Below the pieces are notes generated by a model. The model was not told where the DNA came from. It saw only the letters and a program-made list of their open reading frames with translations, and did no database searches. The position numbers and the translations under genes were made by a program. Positions 12,961 through 26,673 of a stretch of 64,000 nt of DNA are shown here, piece by piece (position 1 is the stretch's first letter; each line of letters starts with the position of its first letter). The stretch is from Octopus bimaculoides. Its lineage: Eukaryota. The DNA lies in NCBI RefSeq assembly GCF_001194135.2, contig NC_068982.1, positions 119,851,826-119,915,825 on the forward strand. The letters run 5' to 3'.

Positions 12961-13029
12961 NNNNNNNNNNNNNNNNNNNNNNNNNNNNNNNNNNNNNNNN
13001 NNNNNNNNNNNNNNNNNNNNNNNNNNNNN

Positions 13030-13086
<57 letters not shown>
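13030..13086. repeat. (TAA)n microsatellite
   Basis: Read directly from the sequence. Confidence 0.95.
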
Positions 13087-13087
<1 letters not shown>

Positions 13088-13399
13088 GGCACAATGCTAA
13101 AATGAAAGCATATTTTAATATACATGTGTATAAGGAGGATTAAAAAGGATTTCTAACCGGCTTTCATTGCATGGCAATTTTTAAGAAGAGAGAAAATGAA
13201 AATAATGTTTTTTACAAAACAATAAAACTATTAAAATATATAAAAAAATAAATATACCAATACATTATATTGTCTCTGAGTTTTTAAAGCTCAATGGTAA
13301 TCCATATAGATAATTGTTAGAAAGATTAGGATGCATGTAATTAAGAATGGTGTTGTGTTTAAAAAAGGCTGAAAGTTTATGTGTTAAACAGGAAGTGTG

Positions 13400-13880
13400 T
13401 GTAAGGGAAGACAATTCTGTGGGTTTTATACTCTTTCGAGGAGTTCTGGACTCTGTCAACAGGAAGTTTATGTCTGTTCTTAGAGAAACAAAAAATAAAT
13501 TTGTAGGTATTTCATTGGGTAGGTGAGAGAAGGGAAAATGGTCACCGAGGAGTTTGTATGTTAAGAAGCGTTTGGAATTTCTTTATAAAATACTCTCCTT
13601 GTTGATTCTTTCTTGTGTAGAGATTCTGTCTTTACATTGATAGAAAGGGAATAGAAGGAATCTTGCGCATGTGCATAACTCAAGATCCTGACATGCTAGA
13701 ACAATTCTGAGTGCGGATACGGAATCAGCATCCTTGATTTAGTCTAAAACACATGCTTTTACCCCAGTAGCAAAATCTTTGTTGTCCAGTGTAATAGATT
13801 AATATCGAAGCGAGTGCGAGATAGAACCGAACACAACCCAATTTCCATATTACGTAAACACTATAAATAAGCAAATAAAA
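13400..13880 (-). mobile_element. Second Penelope-like GIY-YIG 3' fragment plus a hammerhead-like relic
   Basis: Minus strand reads VYVI...YYTGQ and FLLFPFYQCKDRISTQERINKE, like a PLE endonuclease C-terminus. CTGTTGA-stem(GAGT/ACTC)-GAAA follows at 13462-13434. Confidence 0.55.
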
Positions 13881-13919
13881 ATAAAAATGCAGCAAACAGC
13901 AAACAACATGCAAGACAAG

Positions 13920-14637
13920 CACACACGCCTCCTACAATCTCACTTATTCACATACACATAAAAGTGTTATAAACAGGCGGACACACGTTTCCATGCATTA
14001 TCACCCCACACAGTCAATATATACATGCATACACAAAATCCAAACGTACACATACACACAACGAACTCAAACAGTACATATCACCACACAACTAAACAGC
14101 ACATTGGAACGACAGTACAATAATTCAGAAACTCACACGAAATACGAAGGACTTCACATTCATTCAACAATCACATACCTTCGTACATTTCTTTCAGACA
14201 TGCACACGCACGCGTCCGCGCGCGCTTTAAACATCGTAAAACAAAATCATACACACAAAGAACTGAAAATACACATGCACAGATATGTATATTAAAAATA
14301 CACGCAGACGCACTACAAACTAATGTACACACAATACACATACACATCGCTTTGCAACACAACTGTACAAACACGCCCAGCATTGAGATACAGCAAAAGC
14401 ATGTAAAAAAAAACATACACATGTAAGAAACACTACCATACAAAAATCCATAGATATATTTAACTTTTAAATACAAACCCAGTCCACACACACACACACA
14501 CACACACTTACACACATACTTATAGAAAACCGCAGCACACACTAGGCTCGCAGAAAGATGTTCAAACACATATATATGAACACAAGTGAAATCTGACAGT
14601 GAAAAATAAAAAAAAGGAAGACGTCAAAACACACACG
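13920..14637. repeat. Cryptic CA-rich low-complexity tract
   Basis: Base composition; decayed (CA)n. Confidence 0.7.
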
Positions 14638-15077
14638 NNNNNNNNNNAAATCCTGTAACGATCTGCTTTGTATGAAGACTTTTCCTTTTTGTCTCTTTTT
14701 TATCATTTTCCAAAATGGTAACGGTAATGATGTAAGAATCGCTTGACTTTCTTATGAGTCTACCTTTTTTTTTTTTTTTTGTTCTTACCCTCATTATTTC
14801 ACTCCCTTTCCATCGTAATTCTTACCGCCAAAATGTTAGAAGATTTACAAATCTATTCCTTCGCGTGTGGAACTGAATATAAATGTTCTTACGATTTTCA
14901 TTGACTCGAATTTGGCTGCTATCATGCTTTCATTAATTTTTTTTCCCCATTTATCACACACTAATTTTGACATCAACATCCATAAATTCTGCTTTGGATA
15001 TCGGTGTTCTTACAGCATTAGATTAATACCTGACATTAAAATAGATGGTTCATCATACACACACGTACACAAACATA

Positions 15078-15153
<76 letters not shown>

Positions 15154-15229
15154 CACACATACACACGAACAACGCGGGCATTGACAGGAAGTGTACCCTA
15201 AACTAGACCGGCAATAGACACATTAGATC

Positions 15230-15430
15230 CAACTTATAAGGATATGCCTTCGCTATCTAGGAACAGCAGAGATGTACTGCATATCAGATAGACAAGGAGG
15301 AACAAAGATACCACCAAACCTCCAGATCGTGATAAAAAAATGTCGGCTGTGCTATGTAAGTGTGAAAGACATCATCCACATCAGCAGCAACTACCCCCAA
15401 AATCTCTGAGTTACTACCTAAACCGGGGGA
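15230..15430 (+). mobile_element. R4/Dong-like (RLE) non-LTR fragment, CCHC region
   Basis: YAFAI*EQ...KCRLCYVSVKDIIHISSNYPKIS resembles GY.FAIQEQE...CRLC...EDV.HIIS.CP.M. Confidence 0.65.
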
Positions 15431-15867
15431 ATAATATAGTTACAAAGAAAATTTGCAAAACTATCCGCAAAAATTTGTAGCGTAAATTGCAGCTCTTGTA
15501 CCCTGGCTATAAATTCATATTTGTACCTATTATCATAGGTGTATTGGATTATGTACCAAGAAATTTTCACAAAATCATAGAGATACTTTGTTTCGAGGAA
15601 AAGGAGCAAAAAAACTGACGCGGATTCTCGAAATCCAATCTATTAGTGTCACAATGAAGATTTGTAAGATATGCCAAAAATTCTCCATGCGAGATGCTTA
15701 TGTGAATAGATGCACACTTGGGTGTAGGCATTGGCAGTTCAACGAATGCACGAACATAATTACATATGTACAAACACCGGAAACTCTCTTTATTCAAAAG
15801 GTGTTGTCGCTTTGTTAGCGACCGGCTTGAAGTCTCTCAAGAAGAACATAAATGAAACTGAAAGGAA

Positions 15868-16002
15868 AATCATACATACATACATACATACATACATACA
15901 TACATGCATACATGCATACATACATACATACATACATACATGCATACATACATACATACATACATACATACATACATACTTACTTACTTACTTACTTACT
16001 TA
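15868..16002. repeat. (TACA)n changing to (TACT)n
   Basis: Read directly from the sequence. Confidence 0.95.
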
Positions 16003-16883
16003 GTAGACAGCAGATGAGGATTCGGCTAAAATTTTCCCGACAACATGCACAGCTGATTTGTCTATAGTGATCAAATTGATGTTACATCGCACACATCATC
16101 AAACAGACATTACCATGTATATGTATGTATGTATGTTTGTATATATATATATATATATNNNNNNNNNNNNNNNNNNNNNNNNNNNNNNNNNNNNNNNNNN
16201 NNNNNNNNNNNNNNNNNNNNNNNNNNNNNNNNNNNNNNNNNNNNNNNNNNNNNNNNNNNNNNNNNNNNNNNNNNNNNNNNNNNNNNNNNNNNNNNNNNNN
16301 NNNNNNNNNNNNNNNNNNNNNNNNNNNNNNNNNNNNNNNNNNNNNNNNNNNNNNNNNNNNNNNNNNNNNNNNNNNNNNNNNNNNNNNNNNNNNNNNNNNN
16401 NNNNNNNNNNNNNNNNNNNNNNNNNNNNNNNNNNNNNNNNNNNNNNNNNNNNNNNNNNNNNNNNNNNNNNNNNNNNNNNNNNNNNNNNNNNNNNNNNNNN
16501 NNNNNNNNNNNNNNNNNNNNNNNNNNNNNNNNNNNNNNNNNNNNNNNNNNNNNNNNNNNNNNNNNNNNNNNNNNNNNNNNNNNNNNNNNNNNNNNNNNNN
16601 NNNNNNNNNNNNNNNNNNNNNNNNNNNNNNNNNNNNNNNNNNNNNNNNNNNNNNNNNNNNNNNNNNNNNNNNNNNNNNNNNNNNNNNNNNNNNNNNNNNN
16701 NNNNNNNNNNNNNNNNNNNNNNNNNNNNNNNNNNNNNNNNNNNNNNNNNNNNNNNNNNNNNNNNNNNNNNNNNCTTCGTGTACCTGATGTGTTTATAATA
16801 CTACATCCATAGTTCAACAGTATATCTGTGGATCGGCTTTTCAAATTCTGCAGTTGCTATCCCTGCAAATGTATTCCTCAAAA

Positions 16884-17118
16884 TATTTGTTTCGTCATTG
16901 CCCACAGCGGCTAAACATAGAGGGGACAAACAAGAACAGAGAATGGGATTAAGTCGATTACATCGACCCTAGTGCGTAACTGGTACTTATTTAATCGAGC
17001 CTGAAAGGATGAAAGGCAAAGTCGACCTCAGCAGAATTTGAACTCAGAACGTAACGGCAGTCGAAATACCGCTAAGCATTTGGCCTGGCGTGCTAACGAT
17101 TCTGCGGGGTAGTCGCCC
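16884..17118 (-). mobile_element. SINE family B, full length
   Basis: Body shared with family A; B-type tail gtcccctctatgtttagccgctgtgggcaat; approximate TSD tcct(c/a)aaaatatt near 16875 and 17125. Confidence 0.9.
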
Positions 17119-17749
17119 TATTTCTCCTAAAAATATTGACTTACAAATGATTCAGAGGTTCTGCTGAATCATTGGGTTTAATTAAATTGTTTCGAGTAAT
17201 GTTCCCTTGAATTCTGAACAGGGAGCCCCCTCAGTATATTAGCGGCATACATTACTACTGGAACGTGTTGTTGTACTGCAAAGATGTTTTTCATTACCAC
17301 TTCTATTGTTCTCCATTCACACTTTTGCTTATGATAATTTTATAACTTTTACGCTTACTTTGTACACCCTAATTCGGTTGCATTGACAAAATCTGGAAAA
17401 TTGCAATGCATCGTTCTGCTGCTTACAGCTTGGATTCATGCTATTTATATTTCTGATCATATTCTATGCAATTGTTTTCTGACATAGGGAAACTCTGGTT
17501 CGCTTAGTGGCCATAAGTTCTGCATACTTTTAATACAAGTAATTTTTTTCCATCATCTATATTTTCTAGATATATTTCCGCAAAAAGAGAACAAAATGTG
17601 ACTCACACTTGTACCTTGTCCAAAACTGATGGGTAGATAGCTTCTGGCAAGCCAATGTGTTTTAATACCGAAAATATGAATAAAGAACACCCATATAGTA
17701 GACTTTGTAAGGGTGATGATAAATGTACTCTGCATGTGCCAATCTTGGA

Positions 17750-17805
<56 letters not shown>

Positions 17806-19021
17806 TGCAAGTGTGTGTGTGTGTGTACAGAATTTTGCCCTCCTCGTATAATATAGACAAGACCTAATTAATGTGTATATGCTATTGTGTATGTGTATGT
17901 ATGATGTATTATCTTATGTTTATGCAACTGGGTGCTTCACATTGCTGATTAATTTTCTGAAATTTTACTTTGAAAAGAAATCAACTCAATGAAAATTCCA
18001 TACAGAAATTCCATTTCATGAAACAGATCTGGTGAAAATTGAATACGAAAAAATATTCAAAAGCAAAATATTNNNNNNNNNNNNNNNNNNNNNNNNNNNN
18101 NNNNNNNNNNNNNNNNNNNNNNNNNNNNNNNNNNNNNNNNNNNNNNNNNNNNNNNNNNNNNNNNNNNNNNNNNNNNNNNNNNNNNNNNNNNNNNNNNNNN
18201 NNNNNNNNNNNNNNNNNNNNNNNNNNNNNNNNNNNNNNNNNNNNNNNNNNNNNNNNNNNNNNNNNNNNNNNNNNNNNNNNNNNNNNNNNNNNNNNNNNNN
18301 NNNNNNNNNNNNNNNNNNNNNNNNNNNNNNNNNNNNNNNNNNNNNNNNNNNNNNNNNNNNNNNNNNNNNNNNNNNNNNNNNNNNNNNNNNNNNNNNNNNN
18401 NNNNNNNNNNNNNNNNNNNNNNNNNNNNNNNNNNNNNNNNNNNNNNNNNNNNNNNNNNNNNNNNNNNNNNNNNNNNNNNNNNNNNNNNNNNNNNNNNNNN
18501 NNNNNNNNNNNNNNNNNNNNNNNNNNNNNNNNNNNNNNNNNNNNNNNNNNNNNNNNNNNNNNNNNNNNNNNNNNNNNNNNNNNNNNNNNNNNNNNNNNNN
18601 NNNNNNNNNNNNNNNNNNNNNNNNNNNNNNNNNNNNNNNNNNNNNNNNNNNNNNNNNNNNNNNNNNNNNNNNNNNNNNNNNNNNNNNNNNNNNNNNNNNN
18701 NNNNNNNNNNNNNNNNNNNNNNNNNNNNNNNNNNNNNNNNNNNNNNNNNNNNNNNNNNNNNNNNNNNNNNNNNNNNNNNNNNNNNNNNNNNNNNNNNNNN
18801 NNNNNNNNNNNNNNNNNNNNNNNNNNNNNNNNNNNNNNNNNNNNNNNNNNNNNNNNNNNNNNNNNNNNNNNNNNNNNNNNNNNNNNNNNNNNNNNNNNNN
18901 NNNNNNNNNNNNNNNNNNNNNNNNNNNNNNNNNNNNNNNNNNNNNNNNNNNNNNNNNNNNNNNNNNNNNNNNNNNNNNNNNNNNNNNNNNNNNNNNNNNN
19001 NNNNNNNNNNNNNNNNNNNNN

Positions 19022-19052
<31 letters not shown>

Positions 19053-19172
19053 GATATAGAACTATAGAAGTATACATGTATATATATGTATATATGTATA
19101 AATGTATTTTCATTCATATGTATATATACATGCACACACGTACACATATGCATGCCTGTATGTATATTCGTG

Positions 19173-19210
<38 letters not shown>

Positions 19211-21665
19211 TGCAGGCACACACACATACACGTACGCACACTTCCGTACAGTATTTAGTATCATTCGCATGACATATCAACTATTTTTTCTTCTGCTTAG
19301 TAGAATTGTATTGATTTCTTTTTTTTTTTTTTAATTTCATTTGCTACCTAAAATCTTTTGTTACAAAATGTAGCTTAAACGTTCGAATCGTGTAAAAGTA
19401 AGTTTTATACATAATTCATTTCACCCATCTTCAATGTATAAACTAGCGCTAATGTCGTATTCATATTTAGTCAAGCCATTCGATTGCTACTGGTAACATG
19501 TACTATAAGTGGATTGTTCATGACTAAACAGGCAAACCAATCGTGTTTTCTTGATGAAAAGAACTATTAGAAACCTAGCAGATCAAAAAAGCATACGATC
19601 TAACAAGAGTACATGGGAAAGTAGAATTAAGCAAGATGGTGTACCTGCGCACTTACCGACAAATTTCAGAGTGTTGAACACCTAGTTATTTTCATATCAC
19701 GTATTCTGAAGTAAAGCTTGGTGATCGTTGAGCATCTTTTCGTAACATCAACTACTGTACCACCATGTGCAAAAATTCTGACGAATTAATAGAATTTTTT
19801 ACAAGCTATATTCACTCTCCTCAATTTCAGTTACCAGAACTTCATAGATCAGAGAATGGAGCTTTCATGAAATACTGCGATGCCTGTGTATCTACACTCG
19901 TAGCGACTTACAAGAGCAGCCACACCACACATCGTCTGCATGGTAACAGTTACTGTTGCAACTGCTCTTTGAGAAATGAAATATGTCTGTAAGAAGTGTT
20001 CACATTTCGATACAATTTGACATAGTCTATGTGTGTATATATGCATGTCTGTTTGATGTAAACATATATGTATCAATATACGTACGTATGTCTGGTGACC
20101 ATAAATATGCTGCTAGAAAACAACTAAAATTGTTCCAGATGTGAGTAGTTGGGCTGTCAGGAACTAAACCGACCAACTCGGCTAGTTTTCATTGGACCCC
20201 TGTAGGAGGAAAACCAAACTTGTCAAAAAGCAGAAAAACAAATGCTTTCATGAGAAGCAGCAGCGATACAATAGTGCTTTTTCTTTTGAATGAACATACG
20301 CTTGTGCATATGTATCTAAATAATTTCTGAGAAAGCTCGTCTTACTTTTTTGATCCTTGTTGTTAGTTTAAAGGCTTTAAACACTCCTGGAGTTGTCTTC
20401 TTATCGTATTGTTGATTGCCACTACAAAAAATAAAGTCGAGAAACTAGCTTTTTGAAACTACAAATACGTGGAAGATTTTTCTCTGTGGCAGTCGAGGAA
20501 TTAGCCAGGTATATGATAATGAAATCGCGCCACTTCCCTATTTCCAAATCTCCCTCCCATATGACGACACAAGTCAATACTTATCTATTGCTTACTAATT
20601 TCTGGAATGTTTTACATATTTTGTACTGACACATTAATGCCTTGAAATTTCTGGATTCACCGTTTCCTTTCGAATTTTATAAAGCTCAGATTCTCGAAAT
20701 TGGTAGTGAGGCAGGTGTTACCCTAATAACTACACGTATAATTATATAAAGACAGAGTGAAGTATCTTCAGGTTTCTCATTACTTCGATGTCGTAGTTCA
20801 CTATTCTCTTATTTTTAATTTTGTTAACTCCCACTAGGGAAGCTAGTTGTTTACAAATGTACTCCGCTGTACGATATTGAAAACCTTTTACAATTAACGT
20901 TACAACCTGGACATTTCGCTTTTGCCTCAGGCTGAAGTGTCCTAATATCACTCTTGTTGTAGCAATTTCGGGTAGTTTTAAAATTCTTGGCGGCTTGAAT
21001 TTTCTGTTCGTTTCCAAATCGTTTAGGAGAGGGTTTTGCATTTTGTTCTGCTCAAAACAGATCGTCTAGCTTTTAAGACTGTTGTAGCCAAGTTGTTTTT
21101 ATTCTTTTGATATATTTTGCATATATTTATTGAAGCTGCCTACAGATAAATTATATGTTATGTTGGTGTAAATGTCTTCTTATTAGGCGTTTGCGTATCC
21201 GTTATATTCATCAACAAAAAGGGATGTTTCTTTGAAAATATATTTATTAACATAGAAAAATGTTGTCTAGATATATATTTATCCACACTTTATTGTATCA
21301 GTGGTAGATTCTGGATACTAATTATCATATCTGCAACTTTAACGAGTCTAGGGGATTTTGACATCCACTAATGGAGAAAAAGTTCGTATGTTTCAGATAA
21401 TCCAGCCTAACTAGAAACATATTCCTCCTTTATGGTCGCATCTTTGAGATCACGGTTTTGCTGATACGGTGTAGAGCATATTTCCAGACTCCCGGCTTAT
21501 TATTCAGCTGAGTTGATGTTAGTGTTTTGATATGATATTTCCATATATATAAGTATGTCGTTCTGATCATATTTAAAATTTTTCATTGATATACAGGTAC
21601 CTAATTTCTAACAAAATATAAGACCCTTTCATTCGGATTTAGGGAACTATGTGATCGGGCGATAG

Positions 21666-21754
<89 letters not shown>

Positions 21755-23027
21755 TATAGATACATGCACACATACATAACATACATAAATATGAATCTAT
21801 ATAAGTATAGATGTGTGTTAGTACACGTATATATGTATGCAAACATGGATATGATTGCATGTATTGAATTTGTATGTATTGACTTTGATATGTGTTCACA
21901 TAGATATGTTAACATATCTGTGCGAGTAGATTGGATACTAAATATGAAGAATGTATTACATATTACAAAAGTGCTTTTAACTGCTTGTGGCCGTAATAAC
22001 TCAGATGGCCATTGTTTATCTGGTAATATGATGACTTCTCAAGAAGACATTTTTTACGTTTCCCGAGGCCAAAACTTTTGGCATGAATCTAAATATGCTA
22101 TGCAAAATAACTGGAAGATTTCTCGTTAACTCGGCATACAGGTTTACTATTTTTCTTATTAATCTTTAACATTATATCCACATTCGCAGAGAAATATATT
22201 ATTATGTCTCATCTGGTATGCATCGATTTTACTTAGGTCTTGACAGGCATTCAGGCAGTATTCGTTTACGACATTTATGTATGTATGTATGTATGTATGT
22301 ATGTATGTATGTATGTATGTATGTGTGTATGTATGTATGTATGTATGCATGTGTGTAGATATAACTGTGCAGTTAATACCTCTCGCGAATAATTAATCCA
22401 TGTGGAAATTATTTTTCTATTCCCATTCTATAATCACTTTTATTGTTATTCTTATTCAAACTGATGGTGATAGATTATAACACTGATTTTGTTATTACTT
22501 ATTGCCACAAATATTAACTTATTATTATTAGAAATAGTATTAATATATTATTGCTATTATGCTTATCTCTGTTATCATTAATAATAGTATTGTTTGTTTT
22601 TTTCTTTATTATCAACACTATCATCAGTATTATTAGTATTTTCGTTTAAATGGAAAAATTGGGATTGAAGATATTGAAATAAGAAATTTATCGATTGTCC
22701 ATTCAGCCTCCGGTGAAGGAAAACTAAATTTTATTGTACATGACATTTCCAGATGATGGCATCCAATCATTGTAAGAGCCAGATAGAGTGATAGGATAGA
22801 TGGAAAGACTGTGAAGAAGTGAGGGAGTAAGTGGGAGATACAGATGGTGGGTAAGTGCAAAAGACAGAGGGTTGGTGACTGAGAGACAGTCAAATATGTA
22901 CAAGCCTACGCACACACCACACCCGTGCTTAGTTTACACATACATAGATATATATATACATGTATATAAACATACATACATATATATGTATGTATATATG
23001 CGTGTGTGTATCCATGTATATATATGC

Positions 23028-23099
<72 letters not shown>

Positions 23100-23407
23100 G
23101 TACATACACGTGTATTTGTGTTTGCGTAGAGATGTGAACGTATATTTATGTATATGTATGTTATACACATTACATACTCATATGTATGTATGTAATGTAT
23201 GTATGTATGTATGTATGTATGTATGCATGCATGCATATATGTTCGTATGTATGTACGTAAGGGAAAGAAAGAGAGGGGAGAGATGAAAAAATATGGACTG
23301 GAAAAATAATTACATTTTTGAATGATGTGAGAAAAATTTGAACGCCGATAAAGATGTAAAATGAAGATGTGTTTTAGACATTTAGTGACGAAACCATACG
23401 GTGTAAG

Positions 23408-23454
<47 letters not shown>

Positions 23455-23630
23455 TATGACGACGACGAGGAGGAGCAGGAGGAGAAGAAAAAGAAGAAGA
23501 AGAAGAAGAAGAAGAAGAAGAAGAAGAAGAACAAGAACAACAACAACAACAACAACAGCAGCAGCAGCAGCAGCAGCAACTACAATAACACCAACAGCAT
23601 CTCAAACATCAATAACAATAATAATAATTT
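23408..23630. repeat. Compound trinucleotide microsatellite ATA-ATG-ACG-AGG-AGA-ACA-GCA
   Basis: Read directly from the sequence. Confidence 0.95.
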
Positions 23631-23980
23631 CGAATGTTGGCCGCTAGTTTGACTTCGGAAGGTGCATTACAGAAGCAAATACAGCGACATCGTTAGTTTA
23701 CATAGGAAATGTTTATAATAAAAGAAGAAATATTACATACCTTATAAATTTATTTGACATAGAACGCAGAGACCTTAGGCGTCATCTAAGCCAGCCGAAA
23801 AACTTATCAGATCCAAGAATGCCTTACTACATTTTGCAGCTAAGTATCCGCTCCCAAATGTTATTCTTCGGCATACAGGTTAAGAGAAGATCGATTAAAT
23901 CTTAGCCTGGTTAAGAGAAGATCGGTTAACTCACACCATGTGTTATTTAATTGCTGTGTGATTGTTGACACCCACATTTG

Positions 23981-24176
23981 TCTTTTCTGTTGTCAGCACA
24001 AGGCTCGAATTTTTTCTGGAGGGGTAGTCGGTTAAACAGACCCCAGTACGCAACTTGTTCTTAATTTATCGACCCCGAAAGATGAAAGGCAAAGTCGATC
24101 TCGGCAGAAATTGAACTCAAAACGTAAAGATAGACGAAATACCGCTAAGCATTTCGCCCGGCGTGCTAACGATTCT
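23981..24176 (-). mobile_element. SINE family A, lacking the first ~15 nt of the head
   Basis: A-type tail (ccttgtgc...agaaaaga); directly abuts the B copy; TSD cacccacattt at 23969 and 24413 encloses both. Confidence 0.9.
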
Positions 24177-24412
24177 TATTTCTTTATTGCCCACAAGGGG
24201 CTAAACATAGAGGGGACAAACAAGGACAGACAAAGGGATTAAGTCGATTACATCGACCCAAGTGCGTAAGTGCTACTTAATTTATCGACCCCGAAAGGAT
24301 GAAAGACAAAGTCGACCTCGGCGGAATTTGAACTCAGAACGTAACGGCAGACGAAATACCACTAAGCATTTCGCCCGGCATGCTAACGTTTCTGCCAGCT
24401 CGCCGTCTTTGT
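24176..24412 (-). mobile_element. SINE family B, full length
   Basis: Head cggcgagctggcagaaacgttagc, B-box-like gagttcaaattcc, tail gtcccctctatgtttagccccttgtgggcaataaagaataagaa. Confidence 0.92.
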
Positions 24413-24699
24413 CACCCACATTTTTACGAATATACTGGAAAAGAGCTTTCTTTCTTGACCCTCACATGCCTTTCCAAAATTGCTCTTGAAAAAAATGCCG
24501 TTATGGCTTGGACAAAGAGGAGAATGATTATTGTCAGTCTTTTTAGTTTCTTCCAACGTACAAACTCTTTCACCAAATCCATCCGTCAGCGCGAAAGCGC
24601 TTGGTAAAAGGGGATGCAGCTGTATTTACAGTAGTCACCCTTTATAATTAGATTCGTCACGCGAACATTATTCTGCGAAACACCACAATCTATTAACCT

Positions 24700-24911
24700 T
24701 TTTTCTACTCTAGGCACAAAGCTCATTATTTTGGAAGAGGGAGCCAGTGATTCATTCAACCCCAGTACGCAACTGGTACTTAAATTGTCAACCCCGAAAG
24801 GATGAAAAGCAAAGTTGACCTCGACGAAATTTGAACTCAGAACTTAATGACAAACGAAATACCGCTTAGCATTTCGCCCGACGTGCTAACGTTTCTGCTA
24901 GCTCACGGCCT
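24700..24911 (-). mobile_element. SINE family A, full length with TSD
   Basis: 15-bp TSD accacaat(c/t)tattaa at 24682-24696 and 24913-24927. Confidence 0.92.
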
Positions 24912-26602
24912 TACCACAATTTATTAATACCCTGACACTGAACGCTTGTGTACAGAAAGGTTTGCCTGCCATTTCTCGTCTAATCAGGTTCAATTAACTG
25001 CACTTTCACACCGGTAAAGTTCAGCATTAAGTGGTAATGCCTTTCCAGAACAAAGATTTGTGGAAATTATCCATATTCCCCAGTCAAACACTACGGTATA
25101 ATTTCATTCTCAACGATATGCAGATGTTCTCTAAGAACATCATCAAACCTCCTTTCAATTAAGCCACAATAGATTGCTCACTTCTGTTTTTGCAGAGACA
25201 GGATATACTAAAACGATGAGATGATATACTAAAAATCAGTTCATAGAAGTGTCCATTTAATTTGAATATGGCAGATGATGCTGCAAATTCATCAGTCCAG
25301 ATATTGATATAAGAACCGACATCGATTGCACTGATTACAACCAATAGATAGGGAATATTGGCTCTATCAAAAGCGTACACTCGATCCATACTGATCAGAG
25401 ACCTTTCAATGCGAAGTTACCAGCTTTCAATGCGAAGCTTACACAGGTTCACAGTACCGTATCATATGACACGTAAGCTGCAGTTTATTGACTTTTCTTT
25501 TTTCAGGATTGTGCAGGTTTGAACTTTCCTAACTAAACAGCCTACAGCAAGAGCTAACTGTGTGCTAACATCTTGGCCAAACTCGTAAGTTCTGTGATCA
25601 AAAGAATCAGGGGACTGAAATTATCCTACGAAAACCCCGTTGTTCACATTCTTATTCAGCCCTGTCGCAACTCGCTGGTTCACAAAAGTGAGAATTATTC
25701 CGTTTTACTGCCATTTGTGGTAGGACGGTAGGAATCTCAGCTAAAATATCGGTGAAGAAATCTGATATGAATATGTTAAGTTCATCCAAGCAACGTTATT
25801 TCTCTTCGCAAAAACACATACTGCTCTCCGTATTTCTGCGTCTGTAATTTTATCTTTTATCAGCACTTCGTAACTTCTTCCAAGTATCAGAGGAAGCCAG
25901 CGGCGTAGGTGCTCAAGCCCACTTCAGCCAGTGGTCTATCGTTCCACATAAATAATTCAGCAAAAAGCTGCTGAAAAACTGTACACTTTTGTTTGGAGTA
26001 GAGTACAGTAATATGTCATATTTCATTATATTTCAGCGTATGTGCAGGGAAGATTAGTATACCCACTAGTTCGTCGCTATTTATCATTTCAAAGAAGTAT
26101 ACGGAATCTAGATGCTAATAAATGAAACTGTTACTTTTGTCGAGGGCTGAAGGAAGTCAATTTGGGCCCCTAAAGAAGACAAAGAATAGCTGGCATGTAC
26201 TGAAATGGTCAATTCTCAACATACTTATTACTCAGTTACCTCTAAATATTTGGCAATGTTATTACCAGTTCGAATATGTCAGTGGCAAGTTTGAATTCGT
26301 AAACAAGCTATTCACTGTATTTTGTTATGGGGAAAATTTCTTTCCGTAGACAAGCGGTATAAATATACCTAAATCAGCTCGTGACACCACCTTTCTAGAC
26401 TGTGAGATGCAAGGATTTCGGAGTGGCTTCGAAGAGGACGTTTAACATTTTGGATGTAAGATAAGGATTGGATTGCACTGCATCTAACCTACCTACTACA
26501 TGTGTGAGAATGCGTCGAAACAATTCCAGTGAATTTTAAAGAAAGTCGTTAATTTTATTTACCTATATATCTCATCTACCAGCACTCCATCCGGATCACC
26601 AC

Positions 26603-26673
<71 letters not shown>

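Noticed and set aside
17570-17745. Strong acceptor followed by Cys-containing frames
   Set aside because: Stops in all frames before a credible donor; no recognisable domain
23456-23647. Poly-Arg/Thr/Ala ORF and the antisense poly-Cys/Ser/Tyr ORF
   Set aside because: Translations of the compound trinucleotide repeat
23878-23929. 21-bp direct repeat ggttaagagaagatcg(a/g)ttaa with a 31-bp period
   Set aside because: An ordinary small tandem duplication with nothing suggesting function
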